Part shown: positions 28,469 to 38,836 of the stretch, one piece after another
Numbering within the stretch: the stretch's first letter is position 1
Layout of the letters: the number at the start of each line of letters is the position of its first letter
DNA from: an uncultured Gammaproteobacteria bacterium
GTDB taxonomy: Bacteria; Pseudomonadota; Gammaproteobacteria; DATFLG01
DNA length: 64,000 nt
Direction of reading: 5' to 3'
NCBI GenBank assembly: GCA_963830105.1
Contig: CAWHLH010000003.1
Span: 771,931-835,930 of the forward strand
Program-made: the position numbers and the translations under genes
Notes under the pieces: model-generated
Databases searched by the model: none
Told to the model about the DNA's origin: nothing
Seen by the model: the letters and a program-made list of their open reading frames with translations, nothing else

Positions 28469-28918
28469 TCAGTCGTCTTCGGACGGCTTGCTTCGATTCC
28501 GCAAGGCGCGTTCGTCCATATCGTGCTGTTCACGCCGTTCCTCCGCCTTGCGTTCCACGCTTTGATAGCGTTCGGTCACCTTGTCCAGGGCCTGGGCGCG
28601 GGTGCGGGTCTCCAGCCAGCGCTGGCGGCTGCGCTCGCAATCGCCGCGCAACTTTTCCACCGCAGCCGACTGCTGACTGACCGCAACACCGAGCCGGTCC
28701 AGGAATACGCGGTATTCGTGCACCCGGCGCGCGTCCAGACCGGCGCCGCCGGCGGCACTGAAATCCCGAGAATACTGCTCGCGATAGCCTATCAGTTCCG
28801 TCAGTTTCGCCTCGTTTTCCGCAAGCGCACGCTGGGCGTCACCCAATGCGCGGGCCGCCTGGCGCTCACGGTCTTCGGCGACCCTGACCACAGGTTGCAT
28901 GCGTTTGGAACGGGTCAC
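28469..28918 (-). CDS. fliJ: Flagellar export chaperone FliJ
   Basis: 149-aa coiled-coil protein rich in R/E/Q (…LDKVTERYQSVERKAEERREQHDMDE…) placed between fliI and fliK. Confidence 0.8.
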   Translation of the reverse strand: MTRSKRMQPVVRVAEDRERQAARALGDAQRALAENEAKLTELIGYREQYSRDFSAAGGAGLDARRVHEYRVFLDRLGVAVSQQSAAVEKLRGDCERSRQRWLETRTRAQALDKVTERYQSVERKAEERREQHDMDERALRNRSKPSEDD

Positions 28919-28985
28919 GATAGGTCAGTCTCCGGGCTGTGACGGCGCCGCGCCGGCACCGATACCGCCGTCAACGATGGGCGGA

Positions 28986-30380
28986 CTACTGTTCGACCAG
29001 ATCCATCAACTGCTGCAGGCTGTCGCCATGAGACACTCGCTGTTCCATATTCTGCTGGAGAAAGTGCATCAGCTTGGGATGGAAGGCGACCGCCTCGTCG
29101 ACCCGCGGATCGCTTCCGGGCTGGTAGGCGCCGACGCTGATCAGGTCCCTGTGCTGCTCATAGGTCGAATACAACTGCTTGAAGCGCCGGGCCGCCTTCA
29201 GGTGGGGCTGATCGGCGATTTCGGTCATCGCACGGCTGATGGAGGCCTCGATGTCTATGGCCGGGTAGTGACCGGCCTCGCCCAGCCGCCGCGACAGCAC
29301 GATATGGCCGTCGAGAATCGCCCGCGCGGCGTCGGCGATCGGATCGTTCTGGTCGTCACCTTCGGCAAGTACCGTGTAGAACGCGGTGATCGACCCGCCG
29401 CCCACGTCCCCGTTGCCGGCACGCTCGACCAGTTGCGGCAATTTGGCGAACACCGACGGCGGGTAGCCCTTGGTGGCGGGCGGCTCCCCTATGGCCAGCG
29501 CAATCTCGCGCTGCGCCTGGGCGAACCGGGTCAACGAATCCATCAGCAGCAGGACCTGCTGCCCCTGATCGCGGAAATACTCGGCAATCGTGGTGGCCAG
29601 CATGGCGCCGTGCAGGCGCATCAGCGGCGAATTGTCGGCCGGCGTGGCTACCACCACCGAGCGCGCCCGTCCCTGCTCCCCAAGAATGTTCTCGACGAAC
29701 TCCTTCACTTCGCGTCCGCGTTCGCCGATCAGTCCGACCACGATCACGTCCGCATTGGTATATCGGGTCATCATGCCAAGCAGCACGCTCTTGCCGACGC
29801 CACTGCCGGCGAACAGGCCCATGCGTTGACCGCGCCCGACCGTCAACAGCGCGTTGATGGCCCGCACGCCCACGTCCAGCGGCTCGCGGATGGGACGCCG
29901 CGCCAAGGGATTGATGGTCTGACCGTTCAACGGACGGCGGGCCTCGGCCAGCAGCGGCCCGGCTCCATCCAGCGGCTTGCCCGCACCGTCCAGCACCCGG
30001 CCCAGCAGGTTCCTGCCCACCGGTGCTTCACAACTGCGCCGCGCGGGGACCACGCGCGCATCCGGAACCAGGCCGCGAATGTCTCCAGTGGGCATCAAAT
30101 ACAGACGGTCACCGGCGAATCCCACCGCTTCGGCTTCCACCTCGCTGCCGTTGGGGCCCGTGATCATGCAGCGCCCGCCGATCGGCACCTGGCAGCCCAC
30201 CGCCTCCAGGGTCAGCCCCACCATCCGCGTGAGTTTGCCTTCCACCGCCAACGGTACAGGCTGCTCGGCGCGACGCTGGTAGGCCCGCAGCCGTTCCAGC
30301 CAGATATCCTTGCGCTGCGCAGCAGGAAGATCGGCGTTGGCGCCGGTCATGGCTGAACCGTCCGCATGGGTGCGCCACAT
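28986..30380 (-). CDS. fliI: Flagellum-specific ATPase FliI
   Basis: Walker [14 protein letters not shown], Walker [18 protein letters not shown]1/T3SS-ATPase fold. Start is either the ATG at 30380 or the ATG at 30350. Confidence 0.95.
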   Translation of the reverse strand: MWRTHADGSAMTGANADLPAAQRKDIWLERLRAYQRRAEQPVPLAVEGKLTRMVGLTLEAVGCQVPIGGRCMITGPNGSEVEAEAVGFAGDRLYLMPTGDIRGLVPDARVVPARRSCEAPVGRNLLGRVLDGAGKPLDGAGPLLAEARRPLNGQTINPLARRPIREPLDVGVRAINALLTVGRGQRMGLFAGSGVGKSVLLGMMTRYTNADVIVVGLIGERGREVKEFVENILGEQGRARSVVVATPADNSPLMRLHGAMLATTIAEYFRDQGQQVLLLMDSLTRFAQAQREIALAIGEPPATKGYPPSVFAKLPQLVERAGNGDVGGGSITAFYTVLAEGDDQNDPIADAARAILDGHIVLSRRLGEAGHYPAIDIEASISRAMTEIADQPHLKAARRFKQLYSTYEQHRDLISVGAYQPGSDPRVDEAVAFHPKLMHFLQQNMEQRVSHGDSLQQLMDLVEQ

Positions 30381-30393
30381 CGGTGTGGATTCA

Positions 30394-31107
30394 TCACGGT
30401 TGATCGTCTTCGTCGCGCTCGCCGCCCATGACCGCGGTGATGGCGGCCTGCATACGGGCCTCGACGGTGGCGTCTATCTGGGAGGTGTCGGTGGAAATGC
30501 GGCAACCACCGCGGGTCACCACCGGATCTTCGACGACCTGCCAACCCTGTTCGGGCTCGCCGATGGCAAGTGCCTCGCGCACCAGCGCCGCATCGTCCGG
30601 ATGCAGGTGAATGCGCACTTTGCGCACGGCAAGCGGCAACACTGCGATGGCTTCGCGCACCGCGGCCACTACCTGGCCGGGATCGGTCTTGATCTCCCGG
30701 CGAATCAGCTGGCGCGCGACGGCCAGGGAAAGCGCCACGAGCTGCTGCTCCACCTGCTGGTCGAGTTCCTCCAGAGGCGCGGCCAGAGTTGCCATGAGCT
30801 GCTGCAGATGCTCCACCTGGGCGCGAATTTCTCGCTGCCCGTCGGCCAGCCCGTCCCCACGGCCCTGGGCGAAACCCTCATCGTAGGCCTGGCGCTGGAT
30901 TTCTTCGATCTGCTCGGCGGTCAACAGGTTGGGGGGACGCACGGCGCTGCCTTGCACTGCCTGCCCGCCGCCTGCCGAGGCGCCCACGTCGGGCGGAGCC
31001 CAGGACTGACAGCTCGCCTGGTCGCCCGGGATCACGCGACTAGACATACTGCTCTGCGCCCTTGCCGCCCAGGACGATCTCTCCCGCTTCCGCCATGCGC
31101 CTGGCAA
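30394..31107 (-). CDS. fliH: Flagellar assembly protein FliH
   Basis: Coiled-coil N-terminus ([41 protein letters not shown]) and FliH C-terminal domain (…[16 protein letters not shown]…[22 protein letters not shown]). Confidence 0.85.
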   Translation of the reverse strand: MPGAWRKRERSSWAARAQSSMSSRVIPGDQASCQSWAPPDVGASAGGGQAVQGSAVRPPNLLTAEQIEEIQRQAYDEGFAQGRGDGLADGQREIRAQVEHLQQLMATLAAPLEELDQQVEQQLVALSLAVARQLIRREIKTDPGQVVAAVREAIAVLPLAVRKVRIHLHPDDAALVREALAIGEPEQGWQVVEDPVVTRGGCRISTDTSQIDATVEARMQAAITAVMGGERDEDDQP

Positions 31108-32053
31108 TCGCGAGGATCTCCTTCTGCGCGCCTTCCACTTCGCTCAGACGCACGGGACCCTTGGCTTCCAGATCGTCGCGCAGCATTTCCGCAGCACGCT
31201 TGGACATGTTCTTGAACACCTTCTCCCGCAGCGCCTCGTCCGCACCTTTCAGGGCGATGATCAGGTTTTCGCTCGACACCTCCCGGAGCAGCGCCTGGAT
31301 ACCCCGATCGTCCACCTCGGCGAGGTTGTCGAAAACGAACATCAGTTCCTGGATGCTTTGACCCAGGTCCCCATCGACCTCCTTGAGGGCCTCGACGATT
31401 TCGCCTTCCAGTGCGCTGTCGACGAAGTTCAGGATATTGGCCGCGGCCTTCACTCCGCCGACGCTGGACGATTTGACGTTGTCCTTGCCGGAGAACTGCT
31501 TCTCCATGATCTCGTCGAGTTCCTGCAGTGCCGACGGCTGAATGCCGTCGAGCGTCGCGATGCGCAGCAGCACGTCGGCGCGCACCCGGGGAGACAGGTG
31601 ACCGATGACGTCCGCCGCATGATCGCTGTCCAGATAGGACAGCACGATGGCCATGATCTGCGGATGCTCCAGACGAATGATTTCGGCAACCGCCCGGGCG
31701 TCCATCCACTTGAGAGCCTCCAGGCCCTTGGTGTTGTGGCCCAGCAGGATGCGGTCGATCAGACTGCCGGCCTTGTCCTCGCCGAGGGCATCGACCAGGA
31801 CCTTGCGTACATACTCATCTGAGCCGACGCCCAGGCTGGTCTGGGTTTCCACCGTTTCCACGAATTCCTCGAGCACGGCGCTGACCTGGACGCGCGAGAT
31901 GTTCGCCATGTTCGCCATGGCGGCGCCGACCTTCTGGACTTCCTTGGGTCCCATGTGCCGGAGCACCTCGGCCGCATCCTGCTCGCCGAGGCTCATCAGC
32001 AGGATCGCGGCCCGCTCGGTGCCGGAGAAATGTCCGCCCCCCGTGTCAGCCAT
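31040..32053 (-). CDS. fliG: Flagellar motor switch protein FliG
   Basis: LSGTERAAILLMSLGEQDAAEVLRHMGPKEVQKVGAAMANM; the C-terminal torque helix region is present. 337 aa. Confidence 0.95.
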   Translation of the reverse strand: MADTGGGHFSGTERAAILLMSLGEQDAAEVLRHMGPKEVQKVGAAMANMANISRVQVSAVLEEFVETVETQTSLGVGSDEYVRKVLVDALGEDKAGSLIDRILLGHNTKGLEALKWMDARAVAEIIRLEHPQIMAIVLSYLDSDHAADVIGHLSPRVRADVLLRIATLDGIQPSALQELDEIMEKQFSGKDNVKSSSVGGVKAAANILNFVDSALEGEIVEALKEVDGDLGQSIQELMFVFDNLAEVDDRGIQALLREVSSENLIIALKGADEALREKVFKNMSKRAAEMLRDDLEAKGPVRLSEVEGAQKEILAIARRMAEAGEIVLGGKGAEQYV

Positions 32054-33716
32054 CGGCGTTCACCCAGTTCTTGACCACCTGCGCGACGCGCTTGGGGTCC
32101 TGCTGCACCATGCCGCGAGCCGTAGTGACCTGCTGGTCGTAGCCGAGCTGGGGCGACGTCAGCTGGGGGTTCTGCTGGTGACCGATGCTGACCCGGTCCT
32201 CGGCCATGCCCGGCGGCAAACTGCCGGCGGCCGGCATCATATCGCCTCCCGCGGCGCCCTTCTCCGCCAGTGAGCGCAACACCGGGCGCAGCACACCCAG
32301 CACCAGCAGCAGCACACCGAGCCCCCCCGCCAACTGTTTCGCCAGCGTCCACACCCACGGCTGCTTCCACACCGGTGTGGGCGGAGCAGGAGGCATCGGC
32401 GCGGGGGTCTGGAACGGCGCGTTGATGACACTCACCCGATCGCCACGCTGCCCGTTGAAGCCGACCACCTCCTTGACCAGCGACGTGAAGCGGGCCAGCT
32501 CGGCGTCGGACCAGGGCTTGTGCTGGACCTGCCCATTGGCATCGGTCACCTGGTGGTCGTTGACTACCACGGCGACTGACAGCCGGCGCACGGTTCCCGT
32601 AGGCAGCCGGATGTGGCTGATGGTCTTGTCCAGCTCGTAGTTGCGAGTGGTCTCTTTGCTGGAGTTGACCGGGCCTTGGGTGACCGTGCCGGCGGAAGCG
32701 GGCGAGGCACCCTGCTTGGCATTGGCGGCTCCGTTGGCGTTGACCGTGGCATTTGCTGGCGCCGTTCCCGCCGCGGGCGGTTGATTCGACAGGGCGCCCG
32801 GAATGCCGTCAGCCCCTGAGGCTCCCACGGTGCGATGCTCCGTGGTCTGCTCGCTGCGCAGCGCGGGCATGTCCGGGTTGTAGGTTTCCTGGGTCTTCTC
32901 GACGACCGTGAAATTCAGGTCTGCATTGACCTGGGCCTTGACGTCTCCTGCCCCGACCAGCGGGCTCAGCAGGTCCACGATGCGTTTGGCGTAGTCCTGT
33001 TCGATGCGCTGGGTATAGTTGAACTGATTGCCGGACAGCGCCATGTCCTGGCTCGATCCCTGACTGGTCAGCAGGTGCCCGGCTTCGTCGACCACGGTTA
33101 CGTGGTCCGGACTGAGCCCCGGTACGCTCGCCGCCACCAGGTGAACGACCGCGGCAACCTGGCTGCGGTCCAGGCTGCGTCCGGCATACAGGCTGACCAT
33201 CACCGACGCGGTCGGCTGATGCTGCTTGCGCATGAACACCGAACGTTTGGGAAGCGCCAGATGCACCCTGGCGCTGTTCACGCTGTCCATACTGGCGATC
33301 GTTTGCGCCAACTCTCCTTCCAGGGCGTGCTGGTAGCGCGCCGTTTCCATGAACTGGCTGGTACCGAATCCTTCGTTCTTCTCCAGCAGCCTGAAGCCGC
33401 TGTCGGAGCCTTTGGGCAATCCCTGCGTCGCAAGCTTCATGCGCGCGTCGTAGACCTTGCCCGCCGGCACCAGGATGGCGCCGCTGTTGGGGTCCACCTT
33501 GTACGGGATATTCGCCTTGCTGAGAGCATCCAATACCTGGGCGCTGTCGCGATCCGACAGATTGCCGTACAGCATGCTGTAATTGGGGGATTGGGACCAG
33601 AGCACAACCGCCACGCCCAACGCCACGCTGGCGGCCAGACCGATCATCAGACCAATCTGGCGCAGAGCCGGTAGACGGCTGAAGCCCTGCATCGTTTCCG
33701 CTTTCACGAGCGCCAT
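32046..33716 (-). CDS. fliF: Flagellar MS-ring protein FliF
   Basis: 556 aa. N-terminal TM (IGLMIGLAASVALGVAVVLW), then the conserved YSMLYGNLSDRDSAQVLDALSKANIPYKV segment and a C-terminal TM. Confidence 0.95.
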   Translation of the reverse strand: MALVKAETMQGFSRLPALRQIGLMIGLAASVALGVAVVLWSQSPNYSMLYGNLSDRDSAQVLDALSKANIPYKVDPNSGAILVPAGKVYDARMKLATQGLPKGSDSGFRLLEKNEGFGTSQFMETARYQHALEGELAQTIASMDSVNSARVHLALPKRSVFMRKQHQPTASVMVSLYAGRSLDRSQVAAVVHLVAASVPGLSPDHVTVVDEAGHLLTSQGSSQDMALSGNQFNYTQRIEQDYAKRIVDLLSPLVGAGDVKAQVNADLNFTVVEKTQETYNPDMPALRSEQTTEHRTVGASGADGIPGALSNQPPAAGTAPANATVNANGAANAKQGASPASAGTVTQGPVNSSKETTRNYELDKTISHIRLPTGTVRRLSVAVVVNDHQVTDANGQVQHKPWSDAELARFTSLVKEVVGFNGQRGDRVSVINAPFQTPAPMPPAPPTPVWKQPWVWTLAKQLAGGLGVLLLVLGVLRPVLRSLAEKGAAGGDMMPAAGSLPPGMAEDRVSIGHQQNPQLTSPQLGYDQQVTTARGMVQQDPKRVAQVVKNWVNADG

Positions 33717-33905
33717 GGGCTCAGCCGCCTGTGCGCTGCGGCGGCGGGCCGCAGAGTACGCCGGTTGCGCCTATGCATCGGCAATCGACATTCACCTTCC
33801 GAGCGGACGTCTCTCGATGCGGATATTCAGACAATGCGCCGGTACCCATCTTTGCCTCCTAAGCGGTCCATCCACAAGCCATCAGTGCACCCACGAGGGT
33901 ACCGG

Positions 33906-34229
33906 TCAGGCCTGCATGTTCATCACTTCCTGATAGGCCGCCACCAGTTTGTTGCGAACCTGGGTCATGGCCTCGAAGGACAGGCCGGCCTTCTGGACCG
34001 CGACCATCACGTCAGACAGGTTGGTCTGGGGATCGCCCTTGACGAAGGCGTCGGTGAGCTTGCCGGCCTGCTGCTGCGTTTCGTTCACGGCATTGACAGA
34101 CTGCTTGAGCATGCTGGCAAAGTCGGCCCCGGGGGCGGCATCCGGGCCGGACGGAGGCGGCGCGCCCTGGCTGGCTGCCGCCATGGCGCGCATCTGGGCG
34201 AGGATCTGATTGACGTCTATGTTGCTCAT
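33906..34229 (-). CDS. fliE: Flagellar hook-basal body protein FliE
   Basis: 107 aa. …SFASMLKQSVNAVNETQQQAGKLTDAFVKGDPQTNLSDVMVAVQKAGLSFEAMTQVRNKLVAAYQEVMNMQ is the FliE signature. Confidence 0.9.
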   Translation of the reverse strand: MSNIDVNQILAQMRAMAAASQGAPPPSGPDAAPGADFASMLKQSVNAVNETQQQAGKLTDAFVKGDPQTNLSDVMVAVQKAGLSFEAMTQVRNKLVAAYQEVMNMQA

Positions 34230-34276
34230 GATGCTACCTCGTGAATACGACCGCTTTCAGGCTCAATCGCACGTAA

Positions 34277-34292
34277 TGCAGATTTCGGGCCA
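34277..34292 (-). promoter_or_regulatory. Sigma-54 promoter for fliE(-fliFGHIJ)
   Basis: Minus strand reads TGGCCCgaaatCTGCA (GG-N10-GC) about 48 nt upstream of the fliE ATG, in the short gap after fleR. Confidence 0.5.
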
Positions 34293-34294
34293 AT

Positions 34295-35641
34295 TCAACC
34301 TGGAACCGCGATGCCCGCGTCCCGCATGCGCGCCAGCTTGTAGCGCAGGGTGCGGGGGCTGATGCCGAGCTGTTCCGCCGCCTGCTTGCGACTGCCGTTG
34401 CCGGCCTGCAGGGCATCGAGGATCAGCTGGCACTCGCGGTTCTTCAGGTCGGTTCCCAGACAATCGCCGCCGGGACCGGCAGCGGGGGCCGGCTGCAGCG
34501 CCTCCATCGCGCCTTCCGCAGACTCGAAATGCAGGTCGCCGACATCGATGCCGATACCGTTCATCAGGATCAGCGCGCGCTGGATCACGTTCTCCAGCTC
34601 GCGCACATTGCCGGGCCAGTGGTAAGCCAGCAGCCGGTCGCAGGCAGCCTCGGTAAGCGTGGGACCGACCCCGCCGCCGCAGTGGCGCTGCAGCAGGCCG
34701 TGGACCAACGGCAGTATGTCGGCCGGTCTTTCCCGCAGGGGGGGCAGGTGCAGCGGCAACACATTCAGGCGATAGAAAAGGTCCTCACGGAAGCGTCCCG
34801 CGCCCACCTCTTCGCGCATGGCCCGGTTGGAGGTGGCAAGCACGCGCACATCCAGGGGAATCACCTGCCGTCCCCCGAGGCGCTCGACTTCCCTTTCCTG
34901 AAGCACCCGCAGCAGCTTGGCCTGCAGCCCCAGGTCCATCTCCGAGACCTCGTCCAGCAGCAGGGTACCGCCCTGAGCCTGTTCGAACTTGCCGGGACGG
35001 GCCTGATAGGCGCCGGTAAAAGCGCCCTTCTCGTAACCGAACAGCACCGCTTCCAGCATGTTTTCTGGAATAGCGGCGCAATTGATGGCCACAAACGGCC
35101 CGTCGGCGCGTTCCGAGTGCTGGTGTATGTAGCGGGCGAACACTTCCTTGCCCGTTCCCGACTCCCCGGTGATCATCACCGTGGCGTTGCAGCCCGCCAC
35201 ACGCCGGGCCAGTCCGAGCAGTTCGCGACTCTTGCGGTCCTCGGCCACCGGGCCGTCCTGGCGGGCCGGGCGTGCGGGGAGATAGCGCCGGGTCATCTCC
35301 ACCAGCACGTCCGCTTCGAAGGGCTTCACCAGATAATCGGCCGCGCCGCTGCGCATGGCGTCCACCGCCCGCTGGATGGTGCCGTAGGCGGTCATGAGGA
35401 TGACCGGCAGGTCCGGCGCGCACGCCTTGATCTTCTTGAGCAGAGCATGCCCGTCCATGCGGTCCATCTGCACATCGCTGAACACCATCCCCACGCTCCC
35501 CTGCTCTACGGCCGCGAGCGCCCCGTGACCGTCGGCGGCGCCGCACACGGGAAAACCCGCCAGTTCCAGAGTGTCGCACAGGGCTTCGCGCAGCGACGGG
35601 TCGTCTTCAACGATCAGAACCGTGGATTGGCTCATGGGCAT
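34295..35641 (-). CDS. fleR: Sigma-54-dependent response regulator FleR (REC-AAA+-HTH)
   Basis: From the ATG at 35641 (AAGGAG RBS): MPMSQSTVLIVEDDPSLREAL… is a REC domain, then the sigma54-interaction domain (GESGTGKE, GAFTGA, ESELFG-like) and a C-terminal Fis-type HTH. The track ORF extends 94 codons upstream. Confidence 0.9.
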   Translation of the reverse strand: MPMSQSTVLIVEDDPSLREALCDTLELAGFPVCGAADGHGALAAVEQGSVGMVFSDVQMDRMDGHALLKKIKACAPDLPVILMTAYGTIQRAVDAMRSGAADYLVKPFEADVLVEMTRRYLPARPARQDGPVAEDRKSRELLGLARRVAGCNATVMITGESGTGKEVFARYIHQHSERADGPFVAINCAAIPENMLEAVLFGYEKGAFTGAYQARPGKFEQAQGGTLLLDEVSEMDLGLQAKLLRVLQEREVERLGGRQVIPLDVRVLATSNRAMREEVGAGRFREDLFYRLNVLPLHLPPLRERPADILPLVHGLLQRHCGGGVGPTLTEAACDRLLAYHWPGNVRELENVIQRALILMNGIGIDVGDLHFESAEGAMEALQPAPAAGPGGDCLGTDLKNRECQLILDALQAGNGSRKQAAEQLGISPRTLRYKLARMRDAGIAVPG

Positions 35642-35646
35642 CTCCT

Positions 35647-36866
35647 TCAACTTGCCTGGTACAGGTTGCCAACGGGACCGGCGGCGCCCGCGCCGCTCGG
35701 CAGCGCTTCGTTGTGGGCGGTCGTCGGCAGGCTCAACAGGAACGTGGTGCCGGCACCCGATCGGGACCGCACCCGGACAGCACCGTGGTGTGCGCGCATC
35801 ACGGCTTGCACCACCGCCAATCCCAGGCCTGTACCGTCGGGACGGGTGGTAAAGAAGGGTTCGAAGATACGCGGCAGCAGGTCTTCCGCAATGCCGGGGC
35901 CGTTGTCCCGCAGTTCCATGCACAGTTCGCCGTCCTCGGCCTCGCGTACCGCAAGCGACAGTTCCGGCGCGCTCGCACAGGCCTGCAGCGCATTGGTGGC
36001 CAGGTTCAGGAGCGCGCCCAGGAGCGCCTGGCGGTTGCCGTAGATACGGGCGTCGCCGACCTGGTTGGCGATCGTGCAGGTGCCGCCGGCAGCCTGCAGG
36101 TAGGGCTCGATGGCCCCGGCGAAATCATCCAGCAATGCCGGCAGCAACACCAGTTCCGTACCGGCGCTGCCGCCGCGCGCGAACAGCAGCATGTCGTTGA
36201 CCATGCGATCGAGTTGGCGCAGACGGGCCAGCAGCTTGGCGGCGAAGCGCTCCCGATCAGTGCTCTGCAGGTCGGCGCGGCCCAGGTGACCGGCGTACAG
36301 CAGGGCCGCCGACAGGGGCGTGCGTATCTGGTGGGCGAGGGCCGCTGTGGTCTGACCCATGGCGGACAGACGCTGCTGGCGGCTGAGCGCCTCCTGCAGG
36401 GCACGGGTCTCGGTGACATCGTGCAGCAGAAGAATCTGCCCGGGCTCGCAGCCCAACGAGCGGCGGGAGATGGCGATACGGCGCTCGTCGCGCAGGGTGA
36501 CTTCGTGGGTGTCATCGCTGCGGGGGAAAAGACGCGCCGGGTGACCGCGTCCCAGCTGTGCCCGATAAGCGGCTCGCCCAGCAGATCGCGGGCGGCAGGA
36601 TTGGCTTCCCGAACCCAGCCGCCACCGTCCAGCACGACGACACCGCCCGGCAGGGCTTCCAGAAGCAGTTCGAGACGGTTGGCGAGGCGTTCCTTTTCGG
36701 CGAGCTGGCGCAGACGTTCGGAACGGGCGGCGGCCAGCTCGGCGTTGAGCTCCGCCACGCGCTGCTCCAGCTCCCGGTACGAGCTTTCCAGCTGTACCGA
36801 CATCTGGTTGAACGCCAGAAAGGCATCCTGCAGCTGCCGCGTACTTCCGATCGCCTCTCGGCTCAT
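35647..36866 (-). pseudogene. fleS: Sensor histidine kinase FleS, disrupted by a frameshift at a G5A4 homopolymer (36522-36530)
   Basis: The N-terminal sensor-region frame (track ORF 36006-36866) is meaningful up to …GHSWDAVTRRVF and then reads nonsense. The HisKA/HATPase frame (track ORF 35647-36456) continues backward as …LFPRSDDTHEVTLRDERRIAISRRSLGCEPGQILLLHDVTETR… Adding one C to the C5 run would give …RRVFSPRSDDTHEV…. Confidence 0.7.
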
Positions 36867-36926
36867 CGACTTGCCTGCTCCTGTTGTTGTTGCGACGACG
36901 GGTTTAGGCCCTACGCGCTGGACAGA

Positions 36927-36942
36927 AGCAAGAACTATGCCG
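36927..36942 (-). promoter_or_regulatory. Sigma-54 promoter for fleSR
   Basis: Minus strand reads cGGCATagttcTTGCT (GG-N10-GC) about 60 nt upstream of the fleS ATG at 36866, in the fleQ-fleS gap. Confidence 0.55.
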
Positions 36943-36996
36943 ATTGGTGTGTTTTGCTCTGAATCAAGTGGTTAGAATTGAAGCGCCGACAGGTCG

Positions 36997-38430
36997 TCAA
37001 ATCCCCGACGCCTCGCTGCGCTGCAGGCCGTACTTGCGCAGTTTCTCCACCAGGGTCGTGCGGCGCATCCCGAGACGCTTGGCGGCATGGGCCACCACAC
37101 CGCCCGCATCGTCCAGGGCCTGCTTGATGTAGGTGAGCTCCAGGTTGTTCAGGTGCTCCTTGAGATCGAGACCGCCGCGGGGCAAGCGCGGTTCGCTGAG
37201 TTCAAGATCCGACGGCGGTGCTGGGTTCGCCCACGCCTCTTCCAGCTTGGCCTGGGGCGGAATACCCTCCACCTGAAACTTCTCGGGCAGATCGCCGATG
37301 TCCACCACTCCAAAGGGATAGAGGATGGCCATGCGCTCCACGAGATTGGCCAGTTCGCGCACGTTGCCGGGCCAGTTGTACTGGCACAGGCTCATCAGCG
37401 CGGACGGGGTGAGGCGCACCGAACCCCGTTTCTCGTGCTCGATGCGTCGCACCAGTTCATTGACCAGCAGTGGAATATCCTCCACCCGGTCGCGCAACGG
37501 CGGCATCTCGATGGGAAACACGTTGAGGCGATAAAACAGGTCCTCGCGGAATTTCCCTTCACTGATCGCTTCTTCCAGGTTGCGGTGAGTGGCGGCGATC
37601 ACCCGCACGTTGGCCTGAATGCTCTTGTTGCTTCCCACCCGTTCGAAGGTGCGTTCCTGGAGAACCCGCAGCAGCTTGACCTGCATAGGCAGGCTCATAT
37701 CCCCGATCTCGTCGAGAAACAGTGTGCCGGAGTCAGCCAGTTCGAAGCGTCCCTGGCGGGAACTGATAGCGCCGGTGAAGGCCCCTTTCTCGTGGCCGAA
37801 CAGCTCCGATTCCAGCAGGTCGCCGGGGATGGCGCCGCAGTTGATAGGCACGAAGGTATTTTCCCGGCGACGGGAGTGGTAGTGAAGGTTGCGCGCCACC
37901 ACTTCCTTACCGGTGCCGGAGTCGCCCAGGATCAGCACGTTGGCTTCCGAATCGGCGACTTGCTGGATGAGCTTGCGTACCCGGTGTATCGCCCGGCTGT
38001 TGCCTACCAGGCTGCGGAAAAGGTCCACCGGGCGCTTACGCGCCCCGCCCACATGGGACTCGCGGTACACCTGCGCCTGGTGCAGGGCATTGGTCAGCTG
38101 TGAGTAGGTGGGCGGCACTTCCACCCGACCCAGGATGCATGAGCCGGCATCGATGGCCACGGTGGGTTCCTTACCCCGCTCCGACAGCACAAAAATGGGC
38201 AGGTGCTCGTCCACGTTGTGAATTTCGGTCAGCAGCTTGTCCAGGGCCGTGTCGGATCTGCAGCTGCCCACCAGCACCGCCTGGTACTCGGCCGGGTCTT
38301 CTATATCCCGGTTCCAATTGGCGCAGTCCGCTACGATTTCGGGCGCATAGTCGATGAACTCGAGTATGGCTTTCAGCTCCCGAGACCGTCTTTCATCGGC
38401 CTCGATTATCAGCACCTTGAAATCCGACAT
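36997..38430 (-). CDS. fleQ: Flagellar master regulator FleQ (sigma-54-dependent activator)
   Basis: [31 protein letters not shown] is a degenerate REC/FleQ N-domain. AAA+ sigma54-activator core ([29 protein letters not shown]) and C-terminal HTH follow. Confidence 0.92.
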   Translation of the reverse strand: MSDFKVLIIEADERRSRELKAILEFIDYAPEIVADCANWNRDIEDPAEYQAVLVGSCRSDTALDKLLTEIHNVDEHLPIFVLSERGKEPTVAIDAGSCILGRVEVPPTYSQLTNALHQAQVYRESHVGGARKRPVDLFRSLVGNSRAIHRVRKLIQQVADSEANVLILGDSGTGKEVVARNLHYHSRRRENTFVPINCGAIPGDLLESELFGHEKGAFTGAISSRQGRFELADSGTLFLDEIGDMSLPMQVKLLRVLQERTFERVGSNKSIQANVRVIAATHRNLEEAISEGKFREDLFYRLNVFPIEMPPLRDRVEDIPLLVNELVRRIEHEKRGSVRLTPSALMSLCQYNWPGNVRELANLVERMAILYPFGVVDIGDLPEKFQVEGIPPQAKLEEAWANPAPPSDLELSEPRLPRGGLDLKEHLNNLELTYIKQALDDAGGVVAHAAKRLGMRRTTLVEKLRKYGLQRSEASGI

Positions 38431-38836
38431 GGCTATGTCCTTTCGGGCTAGAACCAGTTCCGCTGTTCGTTAGTGTTGTTGCGGTTTCAGCTTTGTCGAT
38501 CGTTATTCAGACCCCGCACGATCTACAGTAAACCACTCACTTTTTCAGATGTCAAAAATTTGTCGGGGTGAATAAAGCCCCGCCAGCCGGTCGGTTCGGC
38601 GCCGCAGCAGGAGACTGACGACCGTTCGGGAGCCGACAGAATGCCGGCTCGTAAGCCGGTCGGACCTCTTACCGACGCCGGAAACGGTGATTCGGGAGGG
38701 AGTTTCTGACACTTCACGGAGTGTGGACAGCCGCTTAGGACCGATATGCTCCGGTGGCATGGCACTCGGCGCATACGCTCCGAAGAGGCGGGAAATGGCA
38801 CCGGAAGAACACCACCAATCCGAGCGATCAGTGGGA

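Noticed and set aside
33717-33905. Searched for a sigma54 promoter upstream of fliF
   Set aside because: No correctly spaced GG-N10-GC element with flanking consensus found. fliF is likely co-transcribed from the fliE promoter.
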